DNA of 55,740 nt from a virus (taxonomy: Duplodnaviria; Caudoviricetes). Below, one piece after another: positions 35,934-46,072 of this stretch. The notes under the pieces were generated by a model. The model was not told the origin of the DNA, made no database searches, and saw nothing but the letters and a program-made list of their open reading frames with translations. Within the stretch, counting starts at the first letter, position 1, and each line of letters starts with the position of its first letter. The translations under genes and the position numbers were made by a program. The stretch covers positions 1 through 55,740 of IMG/VR virus record IMGVR_UViG_3300005805_000112; one strand, given 5' to 3'.

Positions 35934-37695
35934 TCTCGAGAGAGACAAGCTATTCGATGAGCTTGGCATTAAGCGTCTTCGTGAATCGTATATGAAGGAA
36001 GGCGAAACGTCTCCTCAAGAGAGATTTGCATATGTTTCTAAGGCATTTGGTTCAAACCAAGAGCACGCACAGCGCCTTTATGAGTACTCCTCTAAGCACT
36101 GGCTCAGCTTCTCTACGCCAATCCTTTCGTTTGGTCGCACACAGAAGGGTCTGCCTATTTCGTGCTTCCTGAACTATATTGATGATAGCGCAGAGGGACT
36201 TGTTGAGAATCTTTCTGAAACAAACTGGCTCTCAATGATTGGGGGTGGGGTTGGTATTGGATTTGGCATTCGTTCGTCTGACGATAAGTCAACTGGCGTC
36301 ATGCCTCACCTCAAGACGTACGATGCAAGCTGTCTTGCCTACAGGCAGGGTAGAACAAGACGTGGAAGCTACGCGGCTTACCTGGATATTTCACATCCCG
36401 ACATTGAGCTTTTTCTAGAGATGAGAAAGCCGACAGGCGATCAAAATCTCCGTGCATTGAATCTTCACCACGGAATCAACATTCCAGATTCGTTCATGGA
36501 GATCATTGAGCGATGCATGGTCAACCCACACGCTTCCGATGATTGGAATCTAATTGACCCACACACAAAGAGGGCCAAAGAAACGGTTTCCGCAAGAAAG
36601 CTGTGGCAGAAGATCCTTGAGCTGCGGATGCAGACTGGTGAGCCGTATCTACACTTCATTGACACAAGCAACAAAGAGCTGCCTAAGTGGCTAAAAGACA
36701 AAGGGCTTAGAGTCCGACAGTCAAACCTTTGCAGTGAGATTATTCTACCTACCGACGAAAAGCGGACTGCAGTCTGCTGCTTGTCTTCTGTGAATTTGGA
36801 GTACTTTGATGATTGGAAAGACAACCAACTTTTTCTTCGGGACGTTGCAGAGATGCTCGACAACGTTCTTAGCTATTTCATTGATCATGCTCCTGACAGC
36901 GTTCAGAGAGCAAGATACTCTGCTATTCGTGAACGGAGCATTGGTGTTGGTGCTCTCGGCTTCCACGCTTATCTACAAAAGAATAACATCCCATTCGAGT
37001 CAGCGCAAGCAATCAGCCGCACGAATGTAATGTTCAGCCACATAAGCAAGTGTCTTTGGAATGCTAACAGAGAGCTTGGGAAGGAAAGAGGAGAAGCTCC
37101 TGATGCTCTTGGAACAGGGTTCCGCTTCAGCCATTTGATGGCAATTGCACCAAATGCAAGTTCTTCGATTCTCATGGGCAATACGAGCCCTAGCATTGAA
37201 CCTTATCGTGCAAACGCCTACAGGCAAGACACAATGTCGGGTGCGTTTCTTAACAAGAATAAGTATCTCGACAGGTTGCTTCAACAGCGTTGCAAAGAAC
37301 ACAACATTGATGTCAATGATGTTTGGCGCTCTATCATTGCAAACGACGGTTCTGTACAACACCTCGACATTCTAGACGAATACGAAAAGAGTGTGTTCAA
37401 GACTGCAATGGAAATTGATCAGAGATGGATTATTGATCTTGCTGCTTTCAGACAGAACTACATTGATCAGGGTCAGTCCGTCAATCTGTTCTTCCCTCCT
37501 GATGCTAGCGTCAAGTATCTTCACATCGTCCACTTCCTTGCATGGAAGAAAGGTCTGAAGACGCTGTACTATTGCAGATCAGACAAGGTTGCAAAGGCGG
37601 ACAAAGTGTCTAAGCAGATTGAGCGTAAGGTGATTGAGGAAGTTGACATTAAGTCGCTTGCAGATGGTGATAGTTGTCTAGCCTGCCAAGGTTGA
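35920..37695 (+). CDS. nrdA: Ribonucleotide reductase class Ia alpha subunit
   Basis: PISCF, SNLCSEI, VCCLSS, APNASSS, KTLYYCR, C-terminal CLACQG. Confidence 0.96.
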   Translation: MVQINLERDKLFDELGIKRLRESYMKEGETSPQERFAYVSKAFGSNQEHAQRLYEYSSKHWLSFSTPILSFGRTQKGLPISCFLNYIDDSAEGLVENLSETNWLSMIGGGVGIGFGIRSSDDKSTGVMPHLKTYDASCLAYRQGRTRRGSYAAYLDISHPDIELFLEMRKPTGDQNLRALNLHHGINIPDSFMEIIERCMVNPHASDDWNLIDPHTKRAKETVSARKLWQKILELRMQTGEPYLHFIDTSNKELPKWLKDKGLRVRQSNLCSEIILPTDEKRTAVCCLSSVNLEYFDDWKDNQLFLRDVAEMLDNVLSYFIDHAPDSVQRARYSAIRERSIGVGALGFHAYLQKNNIPFESAQAISRTNVMFSHISKCLWNANRELGKERGEAPDALGTGFRFSHLMAIAPNASSSILMGNTSPSIEPYRANAYRQDTMSGAFLNKNKYLDRLLQQRCKEHNIDVNDVWRSIIANDGSVQHLDILDEYEKSVFKTAMEIDQRWIIDLAAFRQNYIDQGQSVNLFFPPDASVKYLHIVHFLAWKKGLKTLYYCRSDKVAKADKVSKQIERKVIEEVDIKSLADGDSCLACQG

Positions 37696-37698
37696 GCT

Positions 37699-38364
37699 AT
37701 GTCATTTCTCCTTGCTAACCTACCACCAATCCACTGCTACATACGCAAGGAATTTCTCTATGACTTTCAAAAAGGTCATGGGGAGTATGTTCCTTGCGTG
37801 TGGATTACTTTGAAGTCGCTGAGAGGCCAGGCATTCAGAATCGAGGCTTATCTTCCAGAGTATGGAGCTCTTTACGACAAGCTTCCTTTGCACGCATTTG
37901 TCTCCAGAACGACAGATCTCAATCCTGAGAAGTTTCTTCCTCTAGACTATCTCCAGCTTTGGAATTGCTTTAGCCACGACATTGCTTTGATCCGCAAGGC
38001 ATTCTTTACAAACCTTTCTGCTATGTTCTACGGTAAAGACAAGCAGTGGTACAATGGAAGATACTTGTTTACTGCTGACAATGCGTGTCCAGATCCAAAT
38101 GTATTGGACACAACGTATTCAGAGTGGCCTGAGGATCATAAATCGTTTAACTTCATTGAGCTTGACAATGGACAGTATGCAGCTCAACCAAACAATAGGA
38201 CGATCCTACTCGATCCTTCGTCGAATCCTGTCAACCTAAAGTTCCCAGACTTTAGAGTATGTTCAAAGACCTACAGCGTCGAAGCAAATGCTAAATGGGC
38301 GCTTGGCGAAACCACAACAGTCATGTACGAAAGAGAAACAGATGATAGCCAAAAGAAAAATTAA
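37699..38364 (+). CDS. Conserved hypothetical protein between nrdA and nrdB
   Basis: LLANLPP, GALYDKLP, NGQYAAQPNNR. Confidence 0.7.
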   Translation: MSFLLANLPPIHCYIRKEFLYDFQKGHGEYVPCVWITLKSLRGQAFRIEAYLPEYGALYDKLPLHAFVSRTTDLNPEKFLPLDYLQLWNCFSHDIALIRKAFFTNLSAMFYGKDKQWYNGRYLFTADNACPDPNVLDTTYSEWPEDHKSFNFIELDNGQYAAQPNNRTILLDPSSNPVNLKFPDFRVCSKTYSVEANAKWALGETTTVMYERETDDSQKKN

Positions 38365-39325
38365 GCTTACTGACCAGCGTTCTTATTTTAAGCCGTTTGT
38401 TTATCCATGGGCGTATGATGCATGGCTGAAACATGAACAGAGTCATTGGCTCCATTCAGAAGTTCCAATGAATGAAGACATCAACGATTGGAAGCGTCGT
38501 CTTACCGATGATGAGAGAGTGTTCCTGACGAACATCTTCAGGTTCTTCACACAGGGTGACATTGACGTTGCTGGCGGATACGTCAACAACTATCTTCCAT
38601 ACTTTCCTCAGCCTGAGATCAGAATGATGCTGACTGGGTTTGCTGCTCGTGAAGCGTTGCATGTTGCTGCATACTCACATCTGATTGAAACGCTTGGGAT
38701 GCCTGAGACAACGTACAGCGAGTTTCTTGACTACCAGGCAATGAGAGATAAGCACGATTACTTCCTGTCAATTGCAGGCCAGGACAAGAAGACGATTGCT
38801 CAGCAGATTGCTGCATTCTCGGCATTTACCGAAGGAATGCAGCTGTTCTCGAGTTTCATCATGCTCCTCAACTTCCCTCGCCACGGAAAAATGAAGGGAA
38901 TGGGGCAGATTATTACTTGGTCAATTGTCGATGAGACAATGCATTGTGAATCGATGATCAAGCTGTTCCGAACATTCATCGAAGAAAACAGAGATATTTG
39001 GGGTGATGAGCTCAAGAGTGACATCTACAAGATTGCAACAAAGATGGTAGAGCTCGAAGATAAGTTTATTGATGTTGCTTTTGCAAATGGCCCGATGGAG
39101 AACCTGTCATCAGAAGACCTGAAGACCTACATTAGATACATAGCTGACAGACGTCTGATATCCATGGGAATGAAAGGTATCTTCAAGGTTAAGAAGAATC
39201 CTTTGCCTTGGGTGGAAGAAATGATTAACAGCCCTATCCACACCAACTTCTTTGAAAACAGAGCAACCGATTATGCAAAGGGAGCATTGACTGGGGGCTG
39301 GGAAGATGTTTGGGCAAAAAATTAA
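38342..39325 (+). CDS. nrdB: Ribonucleotide reductase beta subunit
   Basis: FFTQGD, REALH..AY, EGMQLFSSF, DETMH, NFFE. Confidence 0.96.
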   Translation: MIAKRKIKLTDQRSYFKPFVYPWAYDAWLKHEQSHWLHSEVPMNEDINDWKRRLTDDERVFLTNIFRFFTQGDIDVAGGYVNNYLPYFPQPEIRMMLTGFAAREALHVAAYSHLIETLGMPETTYSEFLDYQAMRDKHDYFLSIAGQDKKTIAQQIAAFSAFTEGMQLFSSFIMLLNFPRHGKMKGMGQIITWSIVDETMHCESMIKLFRTFIEENRDIWGDELKSDIYKIATKMVELEDKFIDVAFANGPMENLSSEDLKTYIRYIADRRLISMGMKGIFKVKKNPLPWVEEMINSPIHTNFFENRATDYAKGALTGGWEDVWAKN

Positions 39326-39334
39326 GAGGATCTA

Positions 39335-39505
39335 ATGTCAGAGAATAATCACACATGCACAGTCTGCTCTGCAGAGTTTGAAGTGATTAGTGACCTAGTT
39401 GATGCTGATGAGCATAGTGTACAATTTTGTCCATTCTGTGGAAGTGAGCTGGAAGATTTAGAAGAGTTGGAAGATCCGTGGAATGAACAAAGTGAAGAAG
39501 AATGA
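39335..39505 (+). CDS. Small zinc-ribbon protein (56 aa, not in ORF track)
   Basis: GAGGA RBS; CTVC...FCPFCG, acidic tail. Confidence 0.7.
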   Translation: MSENNHTCTVCSAEFEVISDLVDADEHSVQFCPFCGSELEDLEELEDPWNEQSEEE

Positions 39506-40146
39506 AGCTCGCTGGAATTGATTACAGTTTGACGTCACCAGCTATTTGTCTTTCGGAATCTCTTGCTGTAAACGTAAGGTACTGTGAGTTTCACTTTCTT
39601 ACGGAAAACAAGAAGATTCTTTCTTTAGATGAGAGGTTCCAAGGGTCACTGCACATCCCATGGACCTCAAACGAACAAAGATACATGAACATCACAAACT
39701 GGGCTCTTCAAATTGTTGGTGAGTTTGCACCAGATAAGATCTTCATCGAGGACTATTCATACGCATCTACAGGCAGGGTGTTTAACATCGCAGAGAATGC
39801 AGGTCTCCTTAAGCACTACTTGTACCTATACAAGTTTCCGTTTGTTACAATACCTCCAACAGTGATCAAGAAATTTGCAACAGGTAAAGGTAACTCTAAC
39901 AAAGAGCAGATGAATGCTTCATTTGTAGAACAGTGTGGACTTGACGTGAAGAAAATGCTACAACTCTCTCCATCACAATGGAATCCGTCATCAGACCTAA
40001 TAGACAGCTATTACATCTGTAAATATGGAGCAAAATGTGAACAAGAGGCTAGAGAAAGTGCTCTCCGAGCACAACAAGTACCTAAAATCTCTGGGCTGGC
40101 ACCCAGACCAGCTAAAGGCAAGCAGAGAAAAAAGAAACAAGCTTGA
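39502..40146 (+). CDS. RuvC-like Holliday junction resolvase
   Basis: GIDYSLTSP, IEDYSY, IKKFATGKGN..KE.M, D..DS. Confidence 0.8.
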   Translation: MKLAGIDYSLTSPAICLSESLAVNVRYCEFHFLTENKKILSLDERFQGSLHIPWTSNEQRYMNITNWALQIVGEFAPDKIFIEDYSYASTGRVFNIAENAGLLKHYLYLYKFPFVTIPPTVIKKFATGKGNSNKEQMNASFVEQCGLDVKKMLQLSPSQWNPSSDLIDSYYICKYGAKCEQEARESALRAQQVPKISGLAPRPAKGKQRKKKQA

Positions 40147-40246
40147 GCAAGCAATTGCAGCTCAGCAATACAATGATTTTATTAAGGCTGAAGGTAGGAA
40201 GGCACTTGAAAGCTATAGGAAGGGAATTCGTAATGACGAAAGATGA
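40037..40246 (+). CDS. Hypothetical protein
   Basis: GGAG RBS, GTG start; overlaps RuvC tail. Confidence 0.45.
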   Translation: MNKRLEKVLSEHNKYLKSLGWHPDQLKASREKRNKLEQAIAAQQYNDFIKAEGRKALESYRKGIRNDER

Positions 40247-40499
40247 TTATGTTGCCAAGTTGAAGCTGGGACCTTGTGAAGTCACCTTTACAAAGGTTAA
40301 TGGGGAGCAGCGAGTGATGAAATGCACCCTTGAAGAAGGTATTGTTCCTCTCTATGAGAAGAAGACAGATCGCACGAAGGCTCCAAACGACAACGTTGTG
40401 TCGGTGTGGGACCTTGATAAGAGCGATTGGAGGACGTTTACAGTTTCCAGTGTGACGTCTTTCAAAGAGCTGCCTCATAGCGAAAAGTACCCAAGCTAA
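40233..40499 (+). CDS. Sm-like SH3 barrel protein (WYL_2/DUF2693-like)
   Basis: VTFTKVNGEQRVMKCTL, VWDLDKSDWRTF. Confidence 0.75.
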   Translation: MTKDDYVAKLKLGPCEVTFTKVNGEQRVMKCTLEEGIVPLYEKKTDRTKAPNDNVVSVWDLDKSDWRTFTVSSVTSFKELPHSEKYPS

Positions 40500-40704
40500 T
40501 ATGCGCACGTCAGATGCAATCTTGAGACTTATCGTTCAGGTGCTCAGCGTTGCTCTGACGCTTACGTTCTGGCTTTTTGTTTTGGTTTATCTTGGCATTT
40601 GGTTTTACTGAAACAAAAAGAAAGTTGTTGAAGGCAGTATAGTAAAAAGTATGATACAAAAACTAGCTCGTGCTAGAAAATAACCCTAACTTGTGAGGTT
40701 TATA

Positions 40705-40974
40705 ATGACTAAGATTGATCGCGTACGTTTTGCCCTCGTCAACGAGGGTCGCAACCTAACTGCAAAGCAGCTTGCTTCTATGTTTGGCTTCTCTTCTCCA
40801 AACGCTGCACGTGCTGCTGTTTCAGATCTTCGACTGAATCACGGCTTCTCAATCTACTCGAATAAGAAGACTGATACCAAGGGTCGTGTGAAGTACAAGT
40901 ATCGTTTTGGTACCGCTTCTCGTGCTGTTGTCGCTGCTGGCTACCGCGCTCTAGCTACCCAGCGCGCTGCTTAA
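40705..40974 (+). CDS. Winged-HTH DNA-binding protein
   Basis: LTAKQL...RAAVSDLR..GFSIYSN; basic. Confidence 0.65.
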   Translation: MTKIDRVRFALVNEGRNLTAKQLASMFGFSSPNAARAAVSDLRLNHGFSIYSNKKTDTKGRVKYKYRFGTASRAVVAAGYRALATQRAA

Positions 40975-40980
40975 GTAGTA

Positions 40981-41005
40981 GTGGGGCAGCTCAAAGCTGC
41001 CCCAC
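40981..41005 (+). terminator. GC-rich hairpin
   Basis: GTGGGGCAGC-TCAAA-GCTGCCCCAC. Confidence 0.65.
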
Positions 41006-41059
41006 CATCTCATGTAGATAAATAACACACGTTTAACTACTGATTGAGGATTACATGAG

Positions 41060-41473
41060 ATGGTTTCAAACGAGGTTGAACACGCTCCAGGGTCATTAGA
41101 GTCAATTAGACAAATACTTGGAACACATTTAATTATTGAGCTCGATGGAGTTGATCCTTTCCTTCTTAAGGACGTGGACTTTGTACGCGAAGCTCTTATT
41201 GAGGCAGCAGCTAAGACTGGTGCTACTATTCTCAACGATAAGTTTCATGACTTTGGGCCAAACTACGGAGTGACTGGTGTAGTCTCTCTATCGGAAAGTC
41301 ATATTTCTGTTCATACATGGCCTGAATACAAGTACGCTGCAGTTGATATCTTTGTCTGTGGGGATTGTGATCCTTACAAAGGAAGTAAACATATTGTCTG
41401 CGTATTCAACCCCAACGTCTATCAAATCAAACAAATAAAAAGAGGAGCATTGAAAGTCAATGTCGACAACTGA
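41060..41473 (+). CDS. speD: S-adenosylmethionine decarboxylase proenzyme
   Basis: GTHLIIE, GVTG...LSESHISVHTWPEY.YAAVDIFVCG; ATAAATA at 41018. Confidence 0.9.
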   Translation: MVSNEVEHAPGSLESIRQILGTHLIIELDGVDPFLLKDVDFVREALIEAAAKTGATILNDKFHDFGPNYGVTGVVSLSESHISVHTWPEYKYAAVDIFVCGDCDPYKGSKHIVCVFNPNVYQIKQIKRGALKVNVDN

Positions 41474-41825
41474 AGAATACTGGGGGTACCACCTCATCCT
41501 TGATGCAAAGGCATGCTCTAAGGATCTCATTAAGGATGCAGCTAACATTAGTGCATTCGCCCGTACGCTCGTACGTCGTATCGATATGATTGCCTATGGA
41601 GAACCTCAGGTTGTTCATTTTGGCAAGGAAGACAAGACTGGGTACACTCTCGTTCAGTTGATCGAGACAAGCAACATCTGCGCTCACTTCTGCGACGACA
41701 CTGGTGATGCTTACTTTGATGTATTCTCTTGTAAGCCGTTTGATAATAACGTAGTGAAAAGTACAGTGATAGAGTTCTTTTCTCCAGAGAAGATTAGAAC
41801 TGCATACATTACTAGACAGGCTTGA
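41460..41825 (+). CDS. Second, divergent AdoMetDC-like pyruvoyl decarboxylase
   Basis: WGYHLILD, QLIETSNICAHF, DVFSCK. Confidence 0.8.
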   Translation: MSTTEEYWGYHLILDAKACSKDLIKDAANISAFARTLVRRIDMIAYGEPQVVHFGKEDKTGYTLVQLIETSNICAHFCDDTGDAYFDVFSCKPFDNNVVKSTVIEFFSPEKIRTAYITRQA

Positions 41826-41827
41826 TT

Positions 41828-41857
41828 CGGTGGCCTCGAAAGAGGCCATCGTTTTTT
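41828..41857 (+). terminator. Rho-independent terminator
   Basis: CGGTGGCCTC-GAAA-GAGGCCATCG followed by T-tract. Confidence 0.8.
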
Positions 41858-41870
41858 ATGGAGGTTGACA

Positions 41871-42269
41871 ATGACTAATTTTGAACGTGTAAAGCAATTC
41901 ATGACAGCATTTGGCCAAGATGTTCCCACATCTGTTACCTGGCCTGACGAAATCACAACATCATTGAGAGTGTCACTAATTGGCGAAGAGCTAGGCGAGC
42001 TTGTCGATGCAATCACAGACAAAGATATTGTTGAAGTTGCCGACGCAATTACCGATCTTCTTTACGTCGTCTACGGCACTGCTGTTGCGTTTGGTATGGA
42101 TGCAGATGCTCTGTTTAAGGAAGTGCATGATTCCAACATGACCAAGCTCGGTCCTGATGGCAAGCCAATTCGAAATGAGTATGGTAAAGTGATGAAGGGA
42201 CCAAACTACGTACCTCCCAATATTGCCAAGGTTCTTTACGGAGTGAATCAAAATGCCGATAGCAACTAA
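41871..42269 (+). CDS. MazG-like/PRA-PH nucleotide pyrophosphohydrolase
   Basis: EELGEL, VADAITDLLYV, EVHDSNMTK, GKVMKGPNY. Confidence 0.85.
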   Translation: MTNFERVKQFMTAFGQDVPTSVTWPDEITTSLRVSLIGEELGELVDAITDKDIVEVADAITDLLYVVYGTAVAFGMDADALFKEVHDSNMTKLGPDGKPIRNEYGKVMKGPNYVPPNIAKVLYGVNQNADSN

Positions 42270-43194
42270 CGAAGTTGGAGCAAACTCAAAGGGCGGCACT
42301 GAGCTGATGTGTGAGGGGCTCAAGAAGTATGTCGATCCGGAGCTGCTTTCTAAGGTTCACATCATTCCATCGAGGTTTAGAGGTGCATTGGCAGGAATGC
42401 CGAACATTTACTGGGCACACGATCTTCCTGGTGATCCAGAGTCTGATTGTATTGCCAAGGGCGGTTGGAATAATTTTGAAAAGCTTGTGTTCGTGTCAAA
42501 CTGGCAGATGCAGAACTTCCAGCGGCATTATGGAATGCCGTGGTACAAGGCTGAGGTGATGTTGAATGCTATTGATCCAATTCAGGGTGTGACATACAAG
42601 GATGACAATCAAATCAGATTGATCTATCACACGACTCCTCACAGAGGTCTACAGATCCTTGTTCCTGTTTTTGAGAAGCTAGCAGAGAAACACAAGAACA
42701 TTCACCTTGATGTGTTTTCTAGCTTCAAGATTTATGGCTGGGAACAAAGAGACCAGCAGTATGAAGCTTTGTTTGATAAGTGTCGTAATCATCCACAGAT
42801 CACCTATCATGGGTTTGCTGATCAGGAGACGGTCCGAGCCGCTCTGGCAAAGTCACACATCTTTGTCTATCCGTCTATCTGGCTCGAGACGAGCTGCCGT
42901 GCCCTGATGGAAGCAATGAGCGCCCAGCTTCTTTGCATTCATCCAAACTACGGCGCTCTCCCAGAGACGGCAGCCAACTGGACTTGGATGTATCAGTGGC
43001 AGGACCATCAGAGAGATCATGCTGCTGTTCTATACAAGGCGGTTGATCAGGCAATTGAACATCTGTATACTGACTCAGTTCAAAACCTTTTGAAGGGCCA
43101 GAAGATGTACGCAGATATGTTCTATAGCTGGAAGATGAGAGGTCCTCAGTGGAATGCATTTTTATCTTCTATTGTCGAAGGATATAGAAAGTGA
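42253..43194 (+). CDS. GT-B glycosyltransferase (family 4-like)
   Basis: GGTE, FVSNWQ, PHRGL, YPS.W.ETSC..LMEAM, GALPET. Confidence 0.85.
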   Translation: MPIATNEVGANSKGGTELMCEGLKKYVDPELLSKVHIIPSRFRGALAGMPNIYWAHDLPGDPESDCIAKGGWNNFEKLVFVSNWQMQNFQRHYGMPWYKAEVMLNAIDPIQGVTYKDDNQIRLIYHTTPHRGLQILVPVFEKLAEKHKNIHLDVFSSFKIYGWEQRDQQYEALFDKCRNHPQITYHGFADQETVRAALAKSHIFVYPSIWLETSCRALMEAMSAQLLCIHPNYGALPETAANWTWMYQWQDHQRDHAAVLYKAVDQAIEHLYTDSVQNLLKGQKMYADMFYSWKMRGPQWNAFLSSIVEGYRK

Positions 43195-43505
43195 GCAACA
43201 ACGTTGTCAACTTCCCAAACACACTTTGGCAAGCTCCTTCTAATAAAGAAGAGGCAGAAAAAAGACTAGAGGAGTTTAAGGACGCAATGCTAGATATGTT
43301 CATGGATGACTTCATGCCGTTTTTTCTTGCTAGAATTAGCACTTATGGAATTATGATAGAAAATCAACACGATATTGCATTGATTGCTCATGGGATTAGA
43401 TCTGCAATCATGCGAACACACAATCGTCAACATCCTTTGCAAAAGTTTGCTGAAGAAACGTTTACATTTGATGATGAAAAGGATTCTACAACTTCACCAA
43501 CATAA
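43191..43505 (+). CDS. Hypothetical protein
   Basis: NNVVNFP...HPLQ; coupled ORF. Confidence 0.6.
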   Translation: MSNNVVNFPNTLWQAPSNKEEAEKRLEEFKDAMLDMFMDDFMPFFLARISTYGIMIENQHDIALIAHGIRSAIMRTHNRQHPLQKFAEETFTFDDEKDSTTSPT

Positions 43506-43520
43506 ATACCAAATGAGGAT

Positions 43521-44378
43521 GTGATGATTATCGTTGATTTGAATCAAATATCGATTTCTAATCTAATGGCACAGATTGGAAATCACACCAACACAAAGAT
43601 TGAAGAGAGCCTTGTTAGACACATGGTTCTTAACACACTTCGATCCATTAAAACTAAATTTCAAGAATATGGCGAAATGGTTATAGCGTGCGACGACAAG
43701 CATTGCTGGCGTCGTGATGTTTTTCCCTACTACAAAGCTAACAGGAAAAAGGCCAGGGAGCAGTCGGAGCTTGACTGGTCAATGATCTTTGACACAATCA
43801 ACAAAATCAAATGTGAGCTCAAAGAATTCTTTCCATACCGAGTGATTCAGGTAGAGGGAGCAGAAGCAGACGATGTTATTGGGACTCTGGTTCTTATGGA
43901 AGGTAAGATGCTTTCCATTGGTAAAGATGTTTTAATTGCATCTGGGGATAAAGACTTTGCTCAGCTTCAGAGATTTTCAAACGTGACACAATATGACCCC
44001 GTCAAAAAGAAGTTTGTAAATTGTTCAAACCCCGACAGCTTTTTAAAGGAACATATCCTTAAGGGAGATCGTGGCGATGGGATTCCTAATGTACTTTCTG
44101 CTGACAGTTGTTTTGTACGTGGTGATCGTCAGAAGCCAATGACGGCTAAGAAGATTGCACAATATATAAACATGCCCGTATCAGAGATGGATGATACGAT
44201 TAAGCGAAACTTCAAGCGAAATGAACAGTTGATTGATTTGCTCAACACCCCTGAAGATATCAGACAGAAGATTCTTGACCAGTATCATCAACAGGATAAC
44301 AAGGGTAGAGACAAAATGTTTAACTACTTTATTTCGTACAAACTAAAAAACCTTATTGAACTGGTGGGTGAATTCTAA
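43521..44378 (+). CDS. rnh: T4 RNase H (5'-3' exonuclease)
   Basis: WRRD.FPYYKANRK, EADD, SGDKDF.QL, GDRGDGIPN. Confidence 0.93.
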   Translation: MMIIVDLNQISISNLMAQIGNHTNTKIEESLVRHMVLNTLRSIKTKFQEYGEMVIACDDKHCWRRDVFPYYKANRKKAREQSELDWSMIFDTINKIKCELKEFFPYRVIQVEGAEADDVIGTLVLMEGKMLSIGKDVLIASGDKDFAQLQRFSNVTQYDPVKKKFVNCSNPDSFLKEHILKGDRGDGIPNVLSADSCFVRGDRQKPMTAKKIAQYINMPVSEMDDTIKRNFKRNEQLIDLLNTPEDIRQKILDQYHQQDNKGRDKMFNYFISYKLKNLIELVGEF

Positions 44379-44944
44379 TGAAACTAGGAATGAGTGAGTT
44401 GCTAGACAAGACGTCTAAGATTGCTGAGAAACACAATCAGATTGATTTTTTGCGCAAGAACTTTAATCAAGCGTTTGGCCTTGTCCTTCGCTACGCATTT
44501 GAAGAAAATGTAAAGTGGGTTTTGCCTGAAGGTAACCCTCCATACAAACCTTGTCCTTATCCCGATCAAGAAGGCAGGATGTTTCAAGAAGCCAGACGAC
44601 TCTATCTTTTTATTCAAGGGGGCAACGACAACCTTAAGCCAGTAAAGCGTGAGATGATGTTTATTCAGTTGCTTGAGTCAATTACTCCTGATGATGCAGT
44701 AATGCTTTTGCGAATGAAAGATGGCAAACTTCCTCACCCTTCTATTCCAGCGGAGCTTATTCTCGAGGCCTATCCTGGCTTAATTTTGAATCCACGAAAG
44801 GAGTTCACCGGAGAAAAGTCCGTTGACACCAAAAGCACCAAAAAAGATACTACTAAAGTCCCTGTCAAAAAGAGGGGCAGACCTAAGAAAGAAATTAGTC
44901 AACCTACTAATGTTGCTCAGGAGGAGCAGGTAATAAATGGGTAA
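44378..44944 (+). CDS. Conserved T4-like hypothetical protein
   Basis: LPEGNPPY, LYLFI.GG, KRE.MFIQLLE; KRGRP tail. Confidence 0.7.
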   Translation: MKLGMSELLDKTSKIAEKHNQIDFLRKNFNQAFGLVLRYAFEENVKWVLPEGNPPYKPCPYPDQEGRMFQEARRLYLFIQGGNDNLKPVKREMMFIQLLESITPDDAVMLLRMKDGKLPHPSIPAELILEAYPGLILNPRKEFTGEKSVDTKSTKKDTTKVPVKKRGRPKKEISQPTNVAQEEQVING

Positions 44945-45101
44945 GAGCTACAAGCGGAGTCATCGGGACGATGATTTTGAAGACAACTATATTAATACGC
45001 GTGACGACAAAAAGAAGACACGCAACTTTCAAAATGCATTGAAACAAAAGAACATTGAAAAGCTTCTTAGATATGATGATGATTATGAGGACAGAGACTA
45101 A
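44937..45101 (+). CDS. Small charged protein (54 aa, not in ORF track)
   Basis: MGKSYKR...YEDRD, fills gap, TAATG coupling. Confidence 0.5.
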   Translation: MGKSYKRSHRDDDFEDNYINTRDDKKKTRNFQNALKQKNIEKLLRYDDDYEDRD

Positions 45102-45334
45102 TGCCGACCTACACGTTTGTCAATAAAGACACTAGCGAAGAAATCACGGAGATTATGTCAATAGCAGAAATGGAGGATTTCCTTATACTTAACAAGAATT
45201 TTCAACAAGTACTTTTTCCTGTTGGAATTGCTGATCCAACAAGACTAGGGGTCCGCAAGCCAGACAGTGGTTTTAGAGACGTCTTGAAGAACATCAAATC
45301 AAAGCACAGGAAAAGTACAGTAAACACATGGTGA
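45101..45334 (+). CDS. FmdB-like small protein
   Basis: MPTYTF...KPDSGFRDVL. Confidence 0.65.
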   Translation: MPTYTFVNKDTSEEITEIMSIAEMEDFLILNKNFQQVLFPVGIADPTRLGVRKPDSGFRDVLKNIKSKHRKSTVNTW

Positions 45335-45340
45335 ACAACA

Positions 45341-46072
45341 TTGGAACAGAAACTTACTAAGAAACAAAGAAGAATTTTGAGAGAACAAGGATTGCTGGAG
45401 GATAAACAAAACAAACCATCGTACAGTCTAATAGACGTCAAACCACTTACACCAAACCAACGAAAGACGTTTGATAGCTTCAAGCAAGGCAAAAACCTGC
45501 TTCTTCACGGTCTTGCAGGAACAGGCAAGTCGTTCATCACTTTGTACTTGTCTCTTCTAAAGTTGAAGAGCAGTGATGAAAAAATGAAGAAGGTTATGAT
45601 TATGAGAAGCGTTGTCCCAACAAGGGACATTGGCTTCATGCCTGGTAATGCTAAAGAAAAGGTCAAGATGTATGAAGCTCCGTATGAGCAGATAGTAAAT
45701 CATCTGACAGGCCGCCACGATGGCTACAACCTACTAAAGATGCAGAATGTCATCGAGTTCACTACGACGTCGTTCATTCGAGGAATAACAATCTCAGATG
45801 CTATTGTCTTTGTGGACGAAATCAACAACATGACATTCCATGAGCTCGACAGCATTATTACAAGAATTGGTGACAACTGCCAAATCATCTTTTGTGGTGA
45901 CATGAGGCAGTCCGATCTTACACGAGAAGGAGAGAAGCAAGGGCTTCGAAACTTCATGAAGGTGTTAAAGATCCTCGAGTCTTTTGATGATGTTGAATTT
46001 GAAATTGACGACATTGTCAGAAGTGGACTCGTTCGTGAGTATATCGTCGCTAAGGAATCGCTCGGTCTTTGA
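45341..46072 (+). CDS. phoH: PhoH family ATPase
   Basis: GLAGTGKS, IGFMPG, FIRG.T, VDE..N, GD..QSDL, DIVRSGLV. Confidence 0.93.
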   Translation: MEQKLTKKQRRILREQGLLEDKQNKPSYSLIDVKPLTPNQRKTFDSFKQGKNLLLHGLAGTGKSFITLYLSLLKLKSSDEKMKKVMIMRSVVPTRDIGFMPGNAKEKVKMYEAPYEQIVNHLTGRHDGYNLLKMQNVIEFTTTSFIRGITISDAIVFVDEINNMTFHELDSIITRIGDNCQIIFCGDMRQSDLTREGEKQGLRNFMKVLKILESFDDVEFEIDDIVRSGLVREYIVAKESLGL

